From Eledone cirrhosa (taxonomy: Eukaryota): 64,000 bases of DNA. Positions 49,566 through 60,509 of the stretch are shown in pieces; position 1 is the first letter of the stretch; every line of letters begins with the position of its first letter. Where the stretch lies: positions 439,766,001 through 439,830,000 of the forward strand of contig OZ024740.1 of assembly GCA_964016885.1 (NCBI GenBank), in the 5' to 3' direction. The position numbers were made by a program, and so were the translations under genes. Under the pieces are notes generated by a model, which did no database searches, had not been told where the DNA came from, and was given only the letters and a program-made list of their open reading frames with translations.

Positions 49566-52500
49566 CCTCCCCCAGTACTATACCAACCTCCCACAGTACT
49601 ATACCAACCTACCCCAGTACTATACCAGCCTCCCCCAGTATTATACGAACCTCCCACAGTTATATACCAACCTACCCCAGTACTATACCAACCTCCCACA
49701 GTACTATACCAATCTACCCCAGTACTATACCAACCTACCACAGTACTATACCAACCTCCCACAGTACTATACCAACCTCCCACAGTACTATACCAATCTA
49801 CCCCAGTACTATACCAACCTACCACAGTACTATACCAACCTCCCACAGTACTATACCAACCTACCCCAGTACTATGCCAACCTGCCCAGTACTATACCAA
49901 CCTCCCCCAGTACTATACCAGACTCCCAAAGTACTATAGCAACCTACCCCAGTACTATACCAACCTACCCCAGTACTATACCAACCTCCAACAATACTAT
50001 ACCAACCTACCACAGTATTATACCAACCTCCCCCAGTACTATACCAACCTACCCCAGTACTATACCAACATCCCACAGTACTATACCAACCTACCACAGT
50101 ACTATACCAACCTCGCCCAGTACTGTACCAACCTACCACAGTACTATACCAACCTACCCCAGTATTATACCAACCTCCCACAGTACTATACCAACCTCCC
50201 CCAGTACTATACCAACCTAACACAGTACTATACCAACCTCCCACAGTACTATACCAACCTCCCACAGTACTATACCAACCTCACACAGTACTATACCAAC
50301 GTACGCCAGTACTAGACCAACCTCCCACAGTACTATACCAATCTACCCCAATACTATACCAACCTCCCCCAGAACTATACCAACCTCCCCCAGTACTATA
50401 CCAGACTCCCACAGTACTATAGCAACTTACCCCAGTACTATACCAACCTACCCCAGTACTATACCAACCTCCAACAGTACTATACCAACCTACCACAGTA
50501 TTATACCAACCTCCCCCAGTACTATACCAACCTACCCCAGTACTATACCAACCTCCCACAGTACTATACCAACCTACCACAGTACTATACCAACCTCGCC
50601 CAGTACTGTACCAACCTACCACAGAACTATACCAACCTACCCCAGTATTATACCAACCTCCCACAGTACTATACCAACCTCCCCCAGTACTATACCAACC
50701 TACCACAGTACTATACCAACCTTCCACAGTACTATACCAACCTCACACAGTACTATACCAACGTACGCCAGTATTATACCAACCTCCCACAGTACTATAC
50801 CAATCTACCCCAATACTATACCAACCTCCCCCAGTACTATACGAACCTCCCACAGTATTATACCAAACTACCCCAGTACTATACTAACCTTCCCCAGTAT
50901 TATACCAACCTACCACAGTACTATAACAACCTCCCCAATATTATACCAACCTCCCCCAGTTCTATACCAACCTACCCCAGTACTATACCAACCTCCCACA
51001 GTACTATACCAACCTACCACAGTATTATACCAACCTCCCACAGTACTATACCAAACTACCCCAGTACTATACTAACCTTCCCCAGTATTATACCAACCTC
51101 CCACAGTACTATACCAACCTACCACAGTATTATACCAACCTCCCTCAGTACTATACCAAACTACCCCAGTACTATACTAACCTTCCCCAGTATTATACCA
51201 ACCTACCACAGTACTATACCAACCTCCCCAATATTATACCAACCTCCCCCAGTACTATACCAACCTACCCCAGTACTATACCAACCTCCCACAGTACTAT
51301 ACCAACCTACCCCAGTACTATACCAACCTCCCACAGTACTATACCAACCTCCCACAGTACTATACCAACCTACCCCAGTACTATACCAACTTACCCCAGT
51401 ACTATACCAACCTCGCCCAGTACTATACCAACCTACCACAGTATTATACCAACCTCCCCCAGTACTATAAAACCTCCCCCAGTACTATACCAACCTCCCA
51501 CAGTACTATACCAACCTCCCACAGTACTATACCAACCTACCCCAGTACTATACCAACCTCGCCCAGTACTATACCAACCTACCACAGTATTATACCAACC
51601 TCCCACAGTACTATACCAACCTCCCCCAGTACTATACCAACCTACCCCAGTACTATACCAACCTCCCACAGTACTATACCAACCTACCCCAGTACTATAC
51701 CAACCTCCCACAGTACTATACCAACCTACCCCAGTATTATACCAACCTACCACAGTACTATACCAACCTCCCCCAGTACTATAAAACCTCCCCCAGTACT
51801 ATACCAACCTACCCCAGTACTATACCAACCTCCCACAGTACTATACCAACCTACCCCAGTATAATAACAACCTACCCCAGTACTATACCAACCTTCCACA
51901 GTACTATACCAACGTCCCCCAGTACTATACCAACCTTCCACAGTACTATACCAACCTCCCCCAGTACTATACCAACCTAACCCAGTACTATACCAACCTC
52001 CCCCAGTACTATACCAACCTCCCCCAGTACTATACCAACCTACCCCAGTACTATACAAGCCTCCCCCAGTACTATACCAACCTACCTCAATTATTATATC
52101 TACCTCCACCTGTACTATACTAACCTTCCCCAGTACTATACCAGCCTCCCCCAGTACTATACGAACCTCCCCCAGTATAATACCAACCTACCCCAGTATA
52201 ATACGAACCTACCCCAGTACTATACCAGCCTCCCCCAGTACTATACGAACCTCCCCCAGTACTATACCAACCTACCCCAGTACTATACCAACCTACCCCA
52301 GTACTATACAAGCCTTCCCCAGTACTATACCAACCTACCCCAGTACTATACCAACCTACCCCAGTACTATACAAACCTACCTCAATTACTATACCTACCT
52401 CCACCAGTACTATACTAACCTTCCCCAGTACTATACCAACCTCCCCCAGTACTATACCAACCTACCCCAGTACTATACGAACCTCCCACAGTACTATACC

Positions 52501-54254
52501 AGCCTCCCCCAGTATTATACGAACCTCCCAGAGTACTATACCAACCTCCCCCAGTATTATACCAACCTCCCCCAGTACTATACCAACCTCCCACAGTACT
52601 ATACCAACCTACCCCAGTACTATACCAACCTACCCCAGTACTATACCAACCTACCCCAGTACTATACCAACCTCCCACAGTACTATACCAGCCTCCCCCA
52701 GTACTATACCAACCTACCCCAGTACTATACCAACCTACCCCAGTACTATACCAACCTACCCCAGTACTATACCAACCTCCCACAGTACTATACCAGCCTC
52801 CCCAGTACTATACCAACCTACCCCAGTACTATACCAACCTCCCACAGTACTATACCAACCTCCCACAGTACTATACCAGCCTCCCCCAGTACTATACCAA
52901 CCTCCCCCAGTACTATACCAACCTCGCCCAGTACTATACCAACCTCCCCAGTATTATACCAACCACCCCCAGTACTATACCAACCTACCCCAGTATTATA
53001 CCAACCTCCCCCAGTACTATACCAACCTACCCCAGTATTATACCAACCTACCCCAGTATTATACCACCCTACCACAGTATTATACCAACCTACCCCAGTA
53101 TTATACCAACCTACCACAGTATTATACCAACCTACCCCAGTATTATACCAACCTACCCCAGTATTATACCAACCTACCCCAGTATTATACCAACCTCCCA
53201 CAGTATTATACCAACCTACCCCAGTACTATACCAACCTACCACAGTATTATACCAATCTACCCCAGTATTATACCAACCTACCCCAGTATTATACCAACC
53301 TACCCCAGTATTATACCAACCTACCCCAGTATTATACCAACCTACCCCAGTATTATACCAAACTACCCCAGTACTATACCAACCTTCCACAGTGCTATAC
53401 CAACCTCCCCTAGTACTATAGCAACCTCCCCCAGTACTATACCAACCTCCCCCAGTACTATACCAACCTCCCCCAGTACTATACCAACCTCCCACAGTAC
53501 TATACCAACTTACCCCAGTACTATACCAACCTCCCCCAGTACTATACCAACCTCCCACAGTACTATACCAACCTACCCACAGTACTATACCAACTTACCC
53601 CAGTACTATACCAACCTCCCCCAGTATTATACCAACCTCCCCCAGTACTATACCAACCTCCCCCAGTACTATACCAACCTACCACAGTACTATACCAACC
53701 TCCCCCAGTACTATACCAACCTCCCAGAGTACTATACCAACCTCCCACAGTACTATACCAACCTATCCCCAGTACTATACCAACCTCCCACAGTACTATA
53801 CCAACTTATCCCAGTAACATACCAACCTCCCCCAGTACTATACCAGCCTCCCCCAGTACTATACCAACCTCCCCCAGTACTATACCAGCCTCCCTCTCGT
53901 ATGCTACTAGTTCATCCCCAATTGCCCCTTATACCTGCACCACTGTATTATTACAGTTTTAATATCTTCCTGTGCCTGATATTCGTTTTAGTGATTGAAG
54001 CATTCACATATATTACTTTACTTTTCAGATCCAAAACTTTTCTCTCGGTGACCCAAAATTATTTTGGACGAACAGAAACTGGAAGGTCCACCAATTTCAT
54101 GTTTGTGTGTTCTAGGCAGATGTTCATCACCCTCCATCACCCAAAAGAAGTCTTAAAGAACGCAATAGAACCACTCAGAAAATAGTTATATTGCTTTATT
54201 GAGTGGTTATATTGTATTACCTAACGTTTTATTCTATACTAGAACAGAAGAGTA

Positions 54255-54322
54255 TAACTTGAGGAAATGTGGCTGCTATTTCTAGCTTTTCAAGTAATTC
54301 CTTAGAAGCTTTCTCGTTGGGT
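54255..54322 (+). mobile_element. Fragment of degenerate interspersed repeat family B
   Basis: gaggaaatgtggctgctatttctagc matches the reverse complement of ~59,666-59,695 (aagaaagtttggctgatatttctagcag). Confidence 0.45.
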
Positions 54323-55318
54323 CATATTCCTACAGATTAATTGTCACAGAGGATTTACAGAATTACCTAACTAGATTCCGTTCAAGTTTTAACCTCTTCA
54401 GTTTGATGTGATGAATGTCTGATAAAACATGATATGAGAAAGTAGGAAATTGTACTTCAAAAAGAGAAAACAAAAGAAGAAATTATTGCAAAGGATAACT
54501 AAACTAATTGTATTTCTCCTTTCAGAAGTTGCGCATTTGGAAATCAGACGAGCGGCGATATGTTATTCCATACAAACAAAAAAAATAACGTTTATTAGTA
54601 ATATTTCCCGGAAATTAAGATGTAACAGAGGCGTCAAATTTATACTAGCGTCTCCCAGAGGACAAACATACAATGGAACTGTTGACTAAACAACTATATT
54701 TCACTTGTGATGGAACCTTTTCTATGTAGTCAATGAACTAAAGGCCTTAAATGTCACCAATCAGTAAGGAGTATATGTTAATATGCAGTTGAATTCATAT
54801 TGACCGATCACAATCTACATGCAATTTATCTAATCGTAAATTAAATGTGCCAGGGGTTGCGAACCAAAGCAAGTAATAATTAGATAAATGCTCCGTTAAA
54901 CCACACGGGGAATTTTCCTATTTACCGTATCCTAAAAGCTTTTAATTGTTGTTTTATATATTAACCAAATGATTATTCATATTGGATACATTTTCAACGT
55001 TACAAAAAGGTAATTCTGTTCACTTCATCTGTTATTGTTGCTAATTCAACAAATTAAAACCTACTCCCTTAAGTACTAATGTCAAGCTGTTTGACATTAT
55101 CAACGAACTTCAGCCGCCAGGTTAGAGGTTTCGATGTAAAGCTTGGTAGTAGCTGCTACAAAATGTCTAACCATTATTTCTTGTTCACAAGATTGCATAC
55201 AAACCACAATAGGAGGCAGATCAATAAAAATTGAATATAATTAGATTTTTTTTTTAATTTTATGTTACTATGTAGTGTTAGGGAGTCCCCTAACATCTCT
55301 CTCATTATTAGAGAGACT

Positions 55319-55516
55319 GGGGTGGGGGGTTGGCAGTAATCAGTAGAGCGTCGGACAGCATGATTTGCGGCATAGGGTTACGACCCGCTGAGATTGACTT
55401 TGCCTTTCATCATTAAGGGGTCGATAAAATAAAGTACCAGTAATGCACTGGATCAATTTACTCGGCTTTCCCCTCCCCCAAGTTGTTGGTCTTGTGCCTA
55501 AACCAGAAACAGTTAT
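55319..55516 (+). mobile_element. tRNA-derived SINE family A copy with B-box region deleted
   Basis: A-box-like TGGCAGTAATCAGTAGAG; shared core actttgcctttcatc..ggggtcgataaaataaagtaccagt; flanked by candidate TSD gagagact at 55,311-55,318 and 55,519-55,526. Confidence 0.8.
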
Positions 55517-55609
55517 ATGAGAGACTATATGTAAAATGAATAACCGCAATATCTGTTCTGTATTGAAATAAAAACTTTAAAACGTTATTATTGTTGCTGT
55601 TGTTGGTGC

Positions 55610-55716
55610 TATTGTTGTCATTTAACCGTAGCTTAGCTCCTATATAGATCGATCATAAAAGCGTTCCTGACATGACCAGCCCATCTTATTCTCATCCAAA
55701 GTATCTAGGACTAGAT
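55610..55716 (+). mobile_element. Degenerate interspersed repeat family B, abutting the 56-bp minisatellite
   Basis: aaagcgttcctgacatgaccagcccatcttattctcat resembles ~60,541-60,580 (aaacagttccagccgtgacaatctcatcttattttcat) and ~57,341-57,366. Confidence 0.45.
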
Positions 55717-56496
55717 GGTAAGTTATAGCTGTTATATGTAGTTATACTAACTATATTAGAGGTCAAAGTGGTAGTAAGGTGCAGCTGTTATTTTAAGTTA
55801 TACTAACTATATTAGGGGTCAAAGTGGTGGTAAGTTATAGCTGTTATATTAAGTTATACTAACTATATTAGGGGTCAAAGTGGTGGTAAGTTATAGCTGT
55901 TATATCTAGTTATACAAACTATATTAGGGGTCAAAGTGGTAGTAAGGTGCAGCTGTTATATTAAGTTATACTAACTATATTAGGGGTCAAAGTGGTGGTA
56001 AGTTATAGCTGTTATATCTAGTTATACTAACTATATTGGGGGTCAAAGTGGTGGTAAGGTGTAGCTATTATATTAAGTTATACTAACTATATTAGGGGTC
56101 AAAGTGGTGGTAAGGTGTAGTTATTATACTAAGTTATACTAACTATATTAGGGGTCAAAGTGGTGGTAATTTATAGCTGTTATATCTAGTTATACTAACT
56201 ATATTAGGGGTCAAAGTGGTGGTAAGGTGTAGCTATTATATTAAGTTATACTAACTATATTAGGGGTCAAAGTGGTGGTAAGGTGTAGCTATTATATTAA
56301 GTTATATTAACTATATTAGGGGTCAAAGTGGTGGTAAGTTATAGCTGTTATATCTAGTTATACTAACTATATTAGGGGTCAAAGTGGTGGTAAGGTGTAG
56401 CTATTATATTAAGTTATACTAACTATATTAGGGGTCAAAGTGGTGGTAAGGTGTAGCTGTTATATTAAGTTATATTAACTACATTAGGGGTCAAAG
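55717..56496. repeat. 56-bp minisatellite, ~14 copies
   Basis: Unit aggggtcaaagtggtggtaagttatagctgttatattaagttatactaactatatt; the motif recurs every 56 bp (55,814, 55,870, 55,926...), with two interspersed sub-variants. Confidence 0.97.
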
Positions 56497-56964
56497 ACAT
56501 TAACTTCCTTACATTAACATTTTTAGAAACTACTTAATACTGTAATAAACCTTAACATACAAACACATGGGGGTTATGAAAAGATTCAACAGAACCTTCT
56601 AACCCCTCCACAGTTTCCCTTGTTCCCCCATTTTTTTTATTTGTCTTTTTATGCTTATTTGTCCCTTCCCCTTGAATTTCCCTGTTTAATTTTTTTTAAA
56701 TATTATTTTCCTATTTTTTCATTTAAATGTGTTTATATTCACTTATCCTTGTATATCTTGTCTTTTGTTTCTCAACTCTTAAGACATACTAAATACCACG
56801 GCTTACTAGCTCTATGCGGACGTTTAAACTTATTAAATAAATATAATTGATTTCGGATGAGTTAATGAACTTTTATATTTTATGGATGTTTTAAGGGGCA
56901 AGAATTATAAAAGTTGTTTTATGAATGTGTATTGTTATTTAGTCCAATAAAATATGTTGTTTAG

Positions 56965-57170
56965 GATTGAGTGACAGTAATCGTTAGAGTGTCCGACAAT
57001 ATGCTTTGTGGCATAGGGTTACATCCCTTTACTTTCTGAGTTCAAATCCCGCCGAGGTTAACTTTGCCTTTCATCCTTACGAGGTCGATAAAATAAAGTA
57101 CCAGTAATGTACTGGGTTGATTTAATCGACTTTCCCCTCTCCCAAAATTGTTGGCCCTGTGTCTAAATCG
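56965..57170 (+). mobile_element. tRNA-derived SINE family A copy
   Basis: Degenerate A box, B box GAGTTCAAATCC, shared core and 3' region aaaattgttggccctgtgtctaaa. Confidence 0.88.
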
Positions 57171-57175
57171 ATTTA

Positions 57176-57314
57176 TGTTTAAATATATGTTTATGTTTAG
57201 CTCTATAAAATATAAGCTGATGTTAGCCCTATAAAATATACGTTGATGTTTAGCCCTATAAAATATAAGCTGATGTTAGCCCTATAAAATATATGTTGAT
57301 GTTTAGTGCTATAA
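57176..57314. repeat. Alternating 26/27-bp tandem repeat (53-bp dimer), ~5 units
   Basis: ctataa at 57,203, 57,229, 57,256, 57,282 and 57,309 (spacing 26, 27, 26, 27). Confidence 0.9.
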
Positions 57315-57632
57315 CAACCCGCCATAAAAATAACATTAATAAAAGGCGTTCCACTCATGACCATCGTTTTCTTTTTCAAATTTGTTCCTTTTCTTTTGTA
57401 ATAGCTTAGTCAGAGAAGGAAGAGAAAACCCTTAATATCTTTTCAGGCGCTGAAAGAAGGACATTGTCCTTAGACTGGAGAATTAACCCACATGCTTGGA
57501 ACAGAATAAACTCCGCTAAAGGCTACACTAGCTAATCCTTTCAGAAAATACTCCCTTTCGTTTGTGACAGTTCTCTTACTCTGTATGTCCCTCTACACAT
57601 CTTACACTAAGTGGTACATACTATATAACTAT

Positions 57633-57689
57633 GGAACCGTACAACACACTCGCATGTCTTTGGAATCGTACAACACACTAACATGTCTT
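57633..57689. repeat. 29-bp direct duplication
   Basis: ggaaccgtacaacacactcgcatgtctt / ggaatcgtacaacacactaacatgtctt. Confidence 0.8.
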
Positions 57690-57916
57690 GAAGAAACCAT
57701 CACCTGGGAGACGTTTATTCATTATCGTAATTCTGCAAACCAAATACCAAGAGAGTGAGCAATGCTTTTATACGATGCCCCGTTTGCAAGGTATCTCTCG
57801 TAGGAAATTACAACTACGCTTTTTTGGTAATTTGATAAGGGGTTATCTACCAAATGGCATATTCCTTTTAAATCCTCTTTTAAACCTAAAGTGATCACAC
57901 AGCATACAGGCTTGAT

Positions 57917-58985
57917 CGCAATTGTATGTCTGTATTGTTAAACAGTTTGGTTCGAAACCGTGTAGTGCTGGTTCAGCTCCGCAGAGTGAGAACTTGTGTA
58001 AATTCCTTCTACTATAACCTGACCAATGCCCTGTGAGAGGAATTTGGTTGACCGAAACCGCAGAGGTGTTCGGGATAAATTTGATAGAGTCTAATATTTT
58101 AATCACCACAACTGCTCCATGTTGTTTGTACACTTTCAAAGCAATAAGATGTGAAATGAAGAGCTGGAACGGAGACTACGAGGCCGGGGTTTGTTGGGAA
58201 GAACGCAACTGACGTTCTCATTACATCACATCCAACAACTGCAGGAGAAAGTGATGGAACTTTCAGACAAGGGAATATGAGCTTTGGTATCTGTGTATTC
58301 GTGTCTATATGTGTGGGGGCGTGCATGTCTGTGTATGTGTGTGTCTGTGTGTATATGTGTGTATGTGTGTATATGTGTGTCTGTGTGTCTGTGTGTTTGT
58401 GTGGGAGCCGTGCTTGTGTGTGTGTCTGTGTGTGGGAGGTGTACTTCTGTGTGTATGTGTGTATGTGTGTGTGGGAGCCGTGCTGCTGTGTTTTTGTGTA
58501 TATGTGTGTGTGGGAGGTGTGCGTCTGTATGTATGTGTATATGTGTGTATGGGAGGTGTGGTTCTGTGTGTTTGTGTATATGTGTGTGTGGGAGGTGTGC
58601 GTCTGTGTGTATGTGTGTATGTGTGTGTGGGAGGTGTGTTTCTGTGTGTTTGTGTGTATGTGTGTATGGGAGGTGTGTTTCTGTGTGTATGTGTGTGTGG
58701 GAGGTGTGTTTCTGTGTGTTTGTGTGTGTGGGAGGTGTGCGTCTGTGTTTATGTGTGTGTGGGAGGTGTGTTTCTGTGTATTTGTGTGTGGGAGCCGTGT
58801 GTGTGTGTGTGTGTATGTCGATGTTTATATCCCCTACCGTAACGGTTCAACAACAAAAAGATCAGTAAAATAAGTACCAGACTTAAACAAATACGAAATG
58901 TGCTAGATATAGTCAACTTAATCAAGGAAGAATCCCAGTATGGCCGTAGCCTAATGACTGAAACCAATAAAAAAATAAAGGCATA
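57917..58985 (+). mobile_element. Second SINE-like element (family C) with internal GT-rich microsatellite
   Basis: 5' part has B-box-like ggttcagctcc followed by cttctactataacc..ccaatgccctgtgagaggaatttgg. 3' part has aaaataagtaccag (shared with family A) and ends cccagtatggccgtagcctaatgactgaaaccaataaaaaaataaag. Linking the two halves relies on my recall of an octopod SINE. Confidence 0.5.
58290..58817. repeat. Compound (GT)n microsatellite/minisatellite with recurring GGGAGGTGTG / GGGAGCCGTG motifs
   Basis: GT dinucleotide background with about 11 GGGAG nodes spaced roughly 30-40 bp apart. Confidence 0.95.
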
Positions 58986-59477
58986 AAATACTAACCATTC
59001 TTTATGTACACATGCACTCTCACATAATCCTATACATAGATCTTATCCCTCTAGCGGCCATATTAACCCCTGAACAACATTGTCAAGTGAGGAAACTTCA
59101 TCAATATCTTCTGTGTAGGAAGACAAACTATCCTTATGGTGAGACCCTTCTTCCGTTTACAAACCCTGCTCCCAGAATATAAAAACAAAACACATCAACT
59201 GTTTCCATCTCCTATAAGAGCTGCACCTCTCAATTGCCAACTCCCCGTCTCTTATTCTCACTGTCCACCAAACATAAAGACAGTAGAGAATGACATATAT
59301 TATCACTTTACGTTCTCTCTACTCAACAACCTCTCTTATCAATGATACGAGTTCATAGTAATTGAGATTATTCTAGCAGTGATATTAATGAAATATTTAT
59401 TAAGCATTGCCCTTGATGAACGTATATTCTATGTAATAAATTATTATCAAATAATACACCAAATTCATCTGATATTA

Positions 59478-59557
59478 AATAATGTGTATATTGATTTCTT
59501 TTAATAATGTGTATATTGATTTCTTTTAATAATGTGTATATTGATTTCTTTTAATAA
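59478..59557. repeat. 25-bp tandem repeat, 3 copies
   Basis: aataatgtgtatattgatttctttt with aatgtg at 59,481, 59,506 and 59,531. Confidence 0.95.
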
Positions 59558-59639
59558 AGCGTAAGGCCAATTTTCGCAAAAGAGTCATATTTGTGATTGG
59601 AACAGACAGGGATATGATATTGTTGATTGAATTTGACAT

Positions 59640-59812
59640 GATTCAACGTGAAAATCTACAGACAATCTGCTAGAAATATCAGCCAAACTTTCTTTAAATC
59701 ACTGCTAACCTCCTTCGAAGGAGAGTCTTTGGATAATGTAGTTCTGTGGAAAAGACGAGAAGCTAATAGTTCTGTCCGTTCAGAATTAATATGACACTAA
59801 GTAACAACAATA
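59640..59812 (-). mobile_element. Degenerate interspersed repeat family B copy (reverse)
   Basis: Reverse complement contains gaactacattatcc (cf. gaactacaatatcc at ~60,591) and tttggctgatatttctagc (cf. ~54,268), which links the other fragments into one family. Confidence 0.5.
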
Positions 59813-60027
59813 TTAACAACAATAAGCCGCTGCTTATTTTATCGTCTCCAGAGACACAACTGTAGCTCACTTGATATTGTAAGGAATGTATTCAAAAGTC
59901 TCACGGTGTATAGAAGGCTCCGCGAACTTCCAAGTAACAAACAAGTCACGTGAGACTCACGATATCCAGTTTGTTTAAATTCAACCAATATTGATTTGTT
60001 GTTGCTTAGATTCGTATTAGAGCTGGT

Positions 60028-60503
60028 AATCACAAGTCTGCCTGATCAAAATGTCTGTTCGATTACAGGTCTTTCCGATCACAGATCTTCCCGAACACAT
60101 GTCTGCCCAATCAAAATGTCTGTTCGATTACAGGTATTTCCGATCACAGATCTTCCCGTTCACAGGTTTGCCTGATCAAAATGACTGTTCGATTAGAGAT
60201 CTACCCGATCACAAATCTACCCGATCACAGATCTTTCCGATCACAGGTCTGCCCAATCAAAATATCTGTTCGATTACAGGTCTTTCCGATTACAGATCTA
60301 CCCGATCACAGGTCCGCCCGATCAATAGGTCTGTCCGATTACAGGTCTTCCCGATCACAGGTCTGCCTGATCAATAGGTCTGTTCGATCATAGCTCTTTC
60401 CGATCACAGGCCTACTCTATCACAGGTCTTTCCGATCGCAGGCCTGCCTGATCACTAGGTCTGTCCCATCACAGGTCTTCCCGATCACTAGGTCTGTTCG
60501 ATG
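60028..60503. repeat. 16/17-bp minisatellite (GATCACAGGTCTTCCC-like), ~29 units, with 65-bp higher-order period at the left
   Basis: 17-bp variant tcaaaatgtctgttc recurs at ~60,046, 60,111 and 60,176 (65 = 3x16+17), then at ~60,257. Confidence 0.92.
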
Positions 60504-60509
60504 AAACTT

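Larger units (their letters stand above)
1..53895. repeat. Large 21-bp tandem satellite array, consensus CAGTACTATACCAACCTCCCC (~2,560 monomers, continues beyond left edge)
   Basis: 21-bp periodicity throughout. Main variants after CAACCT are CCCCCA, CCCACA, ACCCCA and ACCACA, plus GTACTA/GTATTA. Regular units end at ...tataccagcctccc|tctcgt near 53,895. Confidence 0.99.

Noticed and set aside
189-53748. Dozens of ORFs (GGWYSTG, GEVGIVL, YYTNLPQ, VLYQPPP repeats) as protein-coding genes
   Set aside because: The unit length is a multiple of 3 and the consensus is stop-free in 5 of 6 frames. Starts are mostly GTG/TTG, ORFs overlap on both strands, and every frame is hit by recurrent stops or frameshifts.
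1-53895. CRISPR array
   Set aside because: Monomers are contiguous with no unique spacers, there are no cas genes, and the flank is eukaryotic with SINEs.
1-53895. Telomerase-made telomeric repeat (C-rich strand at left, long yeast-like unit)
   Set aside because: Multi-kb duplications of variant order indicate recombinational amplification, the unit is not TTAGGG-like, and chromosome position is unknown.
55077-55295. Short hairpins taatgtcaa-gctgt-ttgacatta (55,077-55,099) and tgttaggg-agtc-ccctaaca (55,276-55,295)
   Set aside because: Isolated 8-9-bp stems with no supporting context; expected occasionally by chance.
57446-57480. Second hammerhead candidate (ctgaaaga-aggacattgtcctt)
   Set aside because: Hairpin present but the core has an extra base and there is no GAAA, stem III or cleavage triplet.
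58277-58873. Cys/Val-rich ORFs of 177-198 aa
   Set aside because: Translation of a GT microsatellite, open in all three frames.
59060-59960. Possible minus-strand mini-exons (EDIDEVSSLDNVVQG; WKFAEPSIHRETFEYIPYNI)
   Set aside because: Each has only one reasonable splice site and no recognisable homology.
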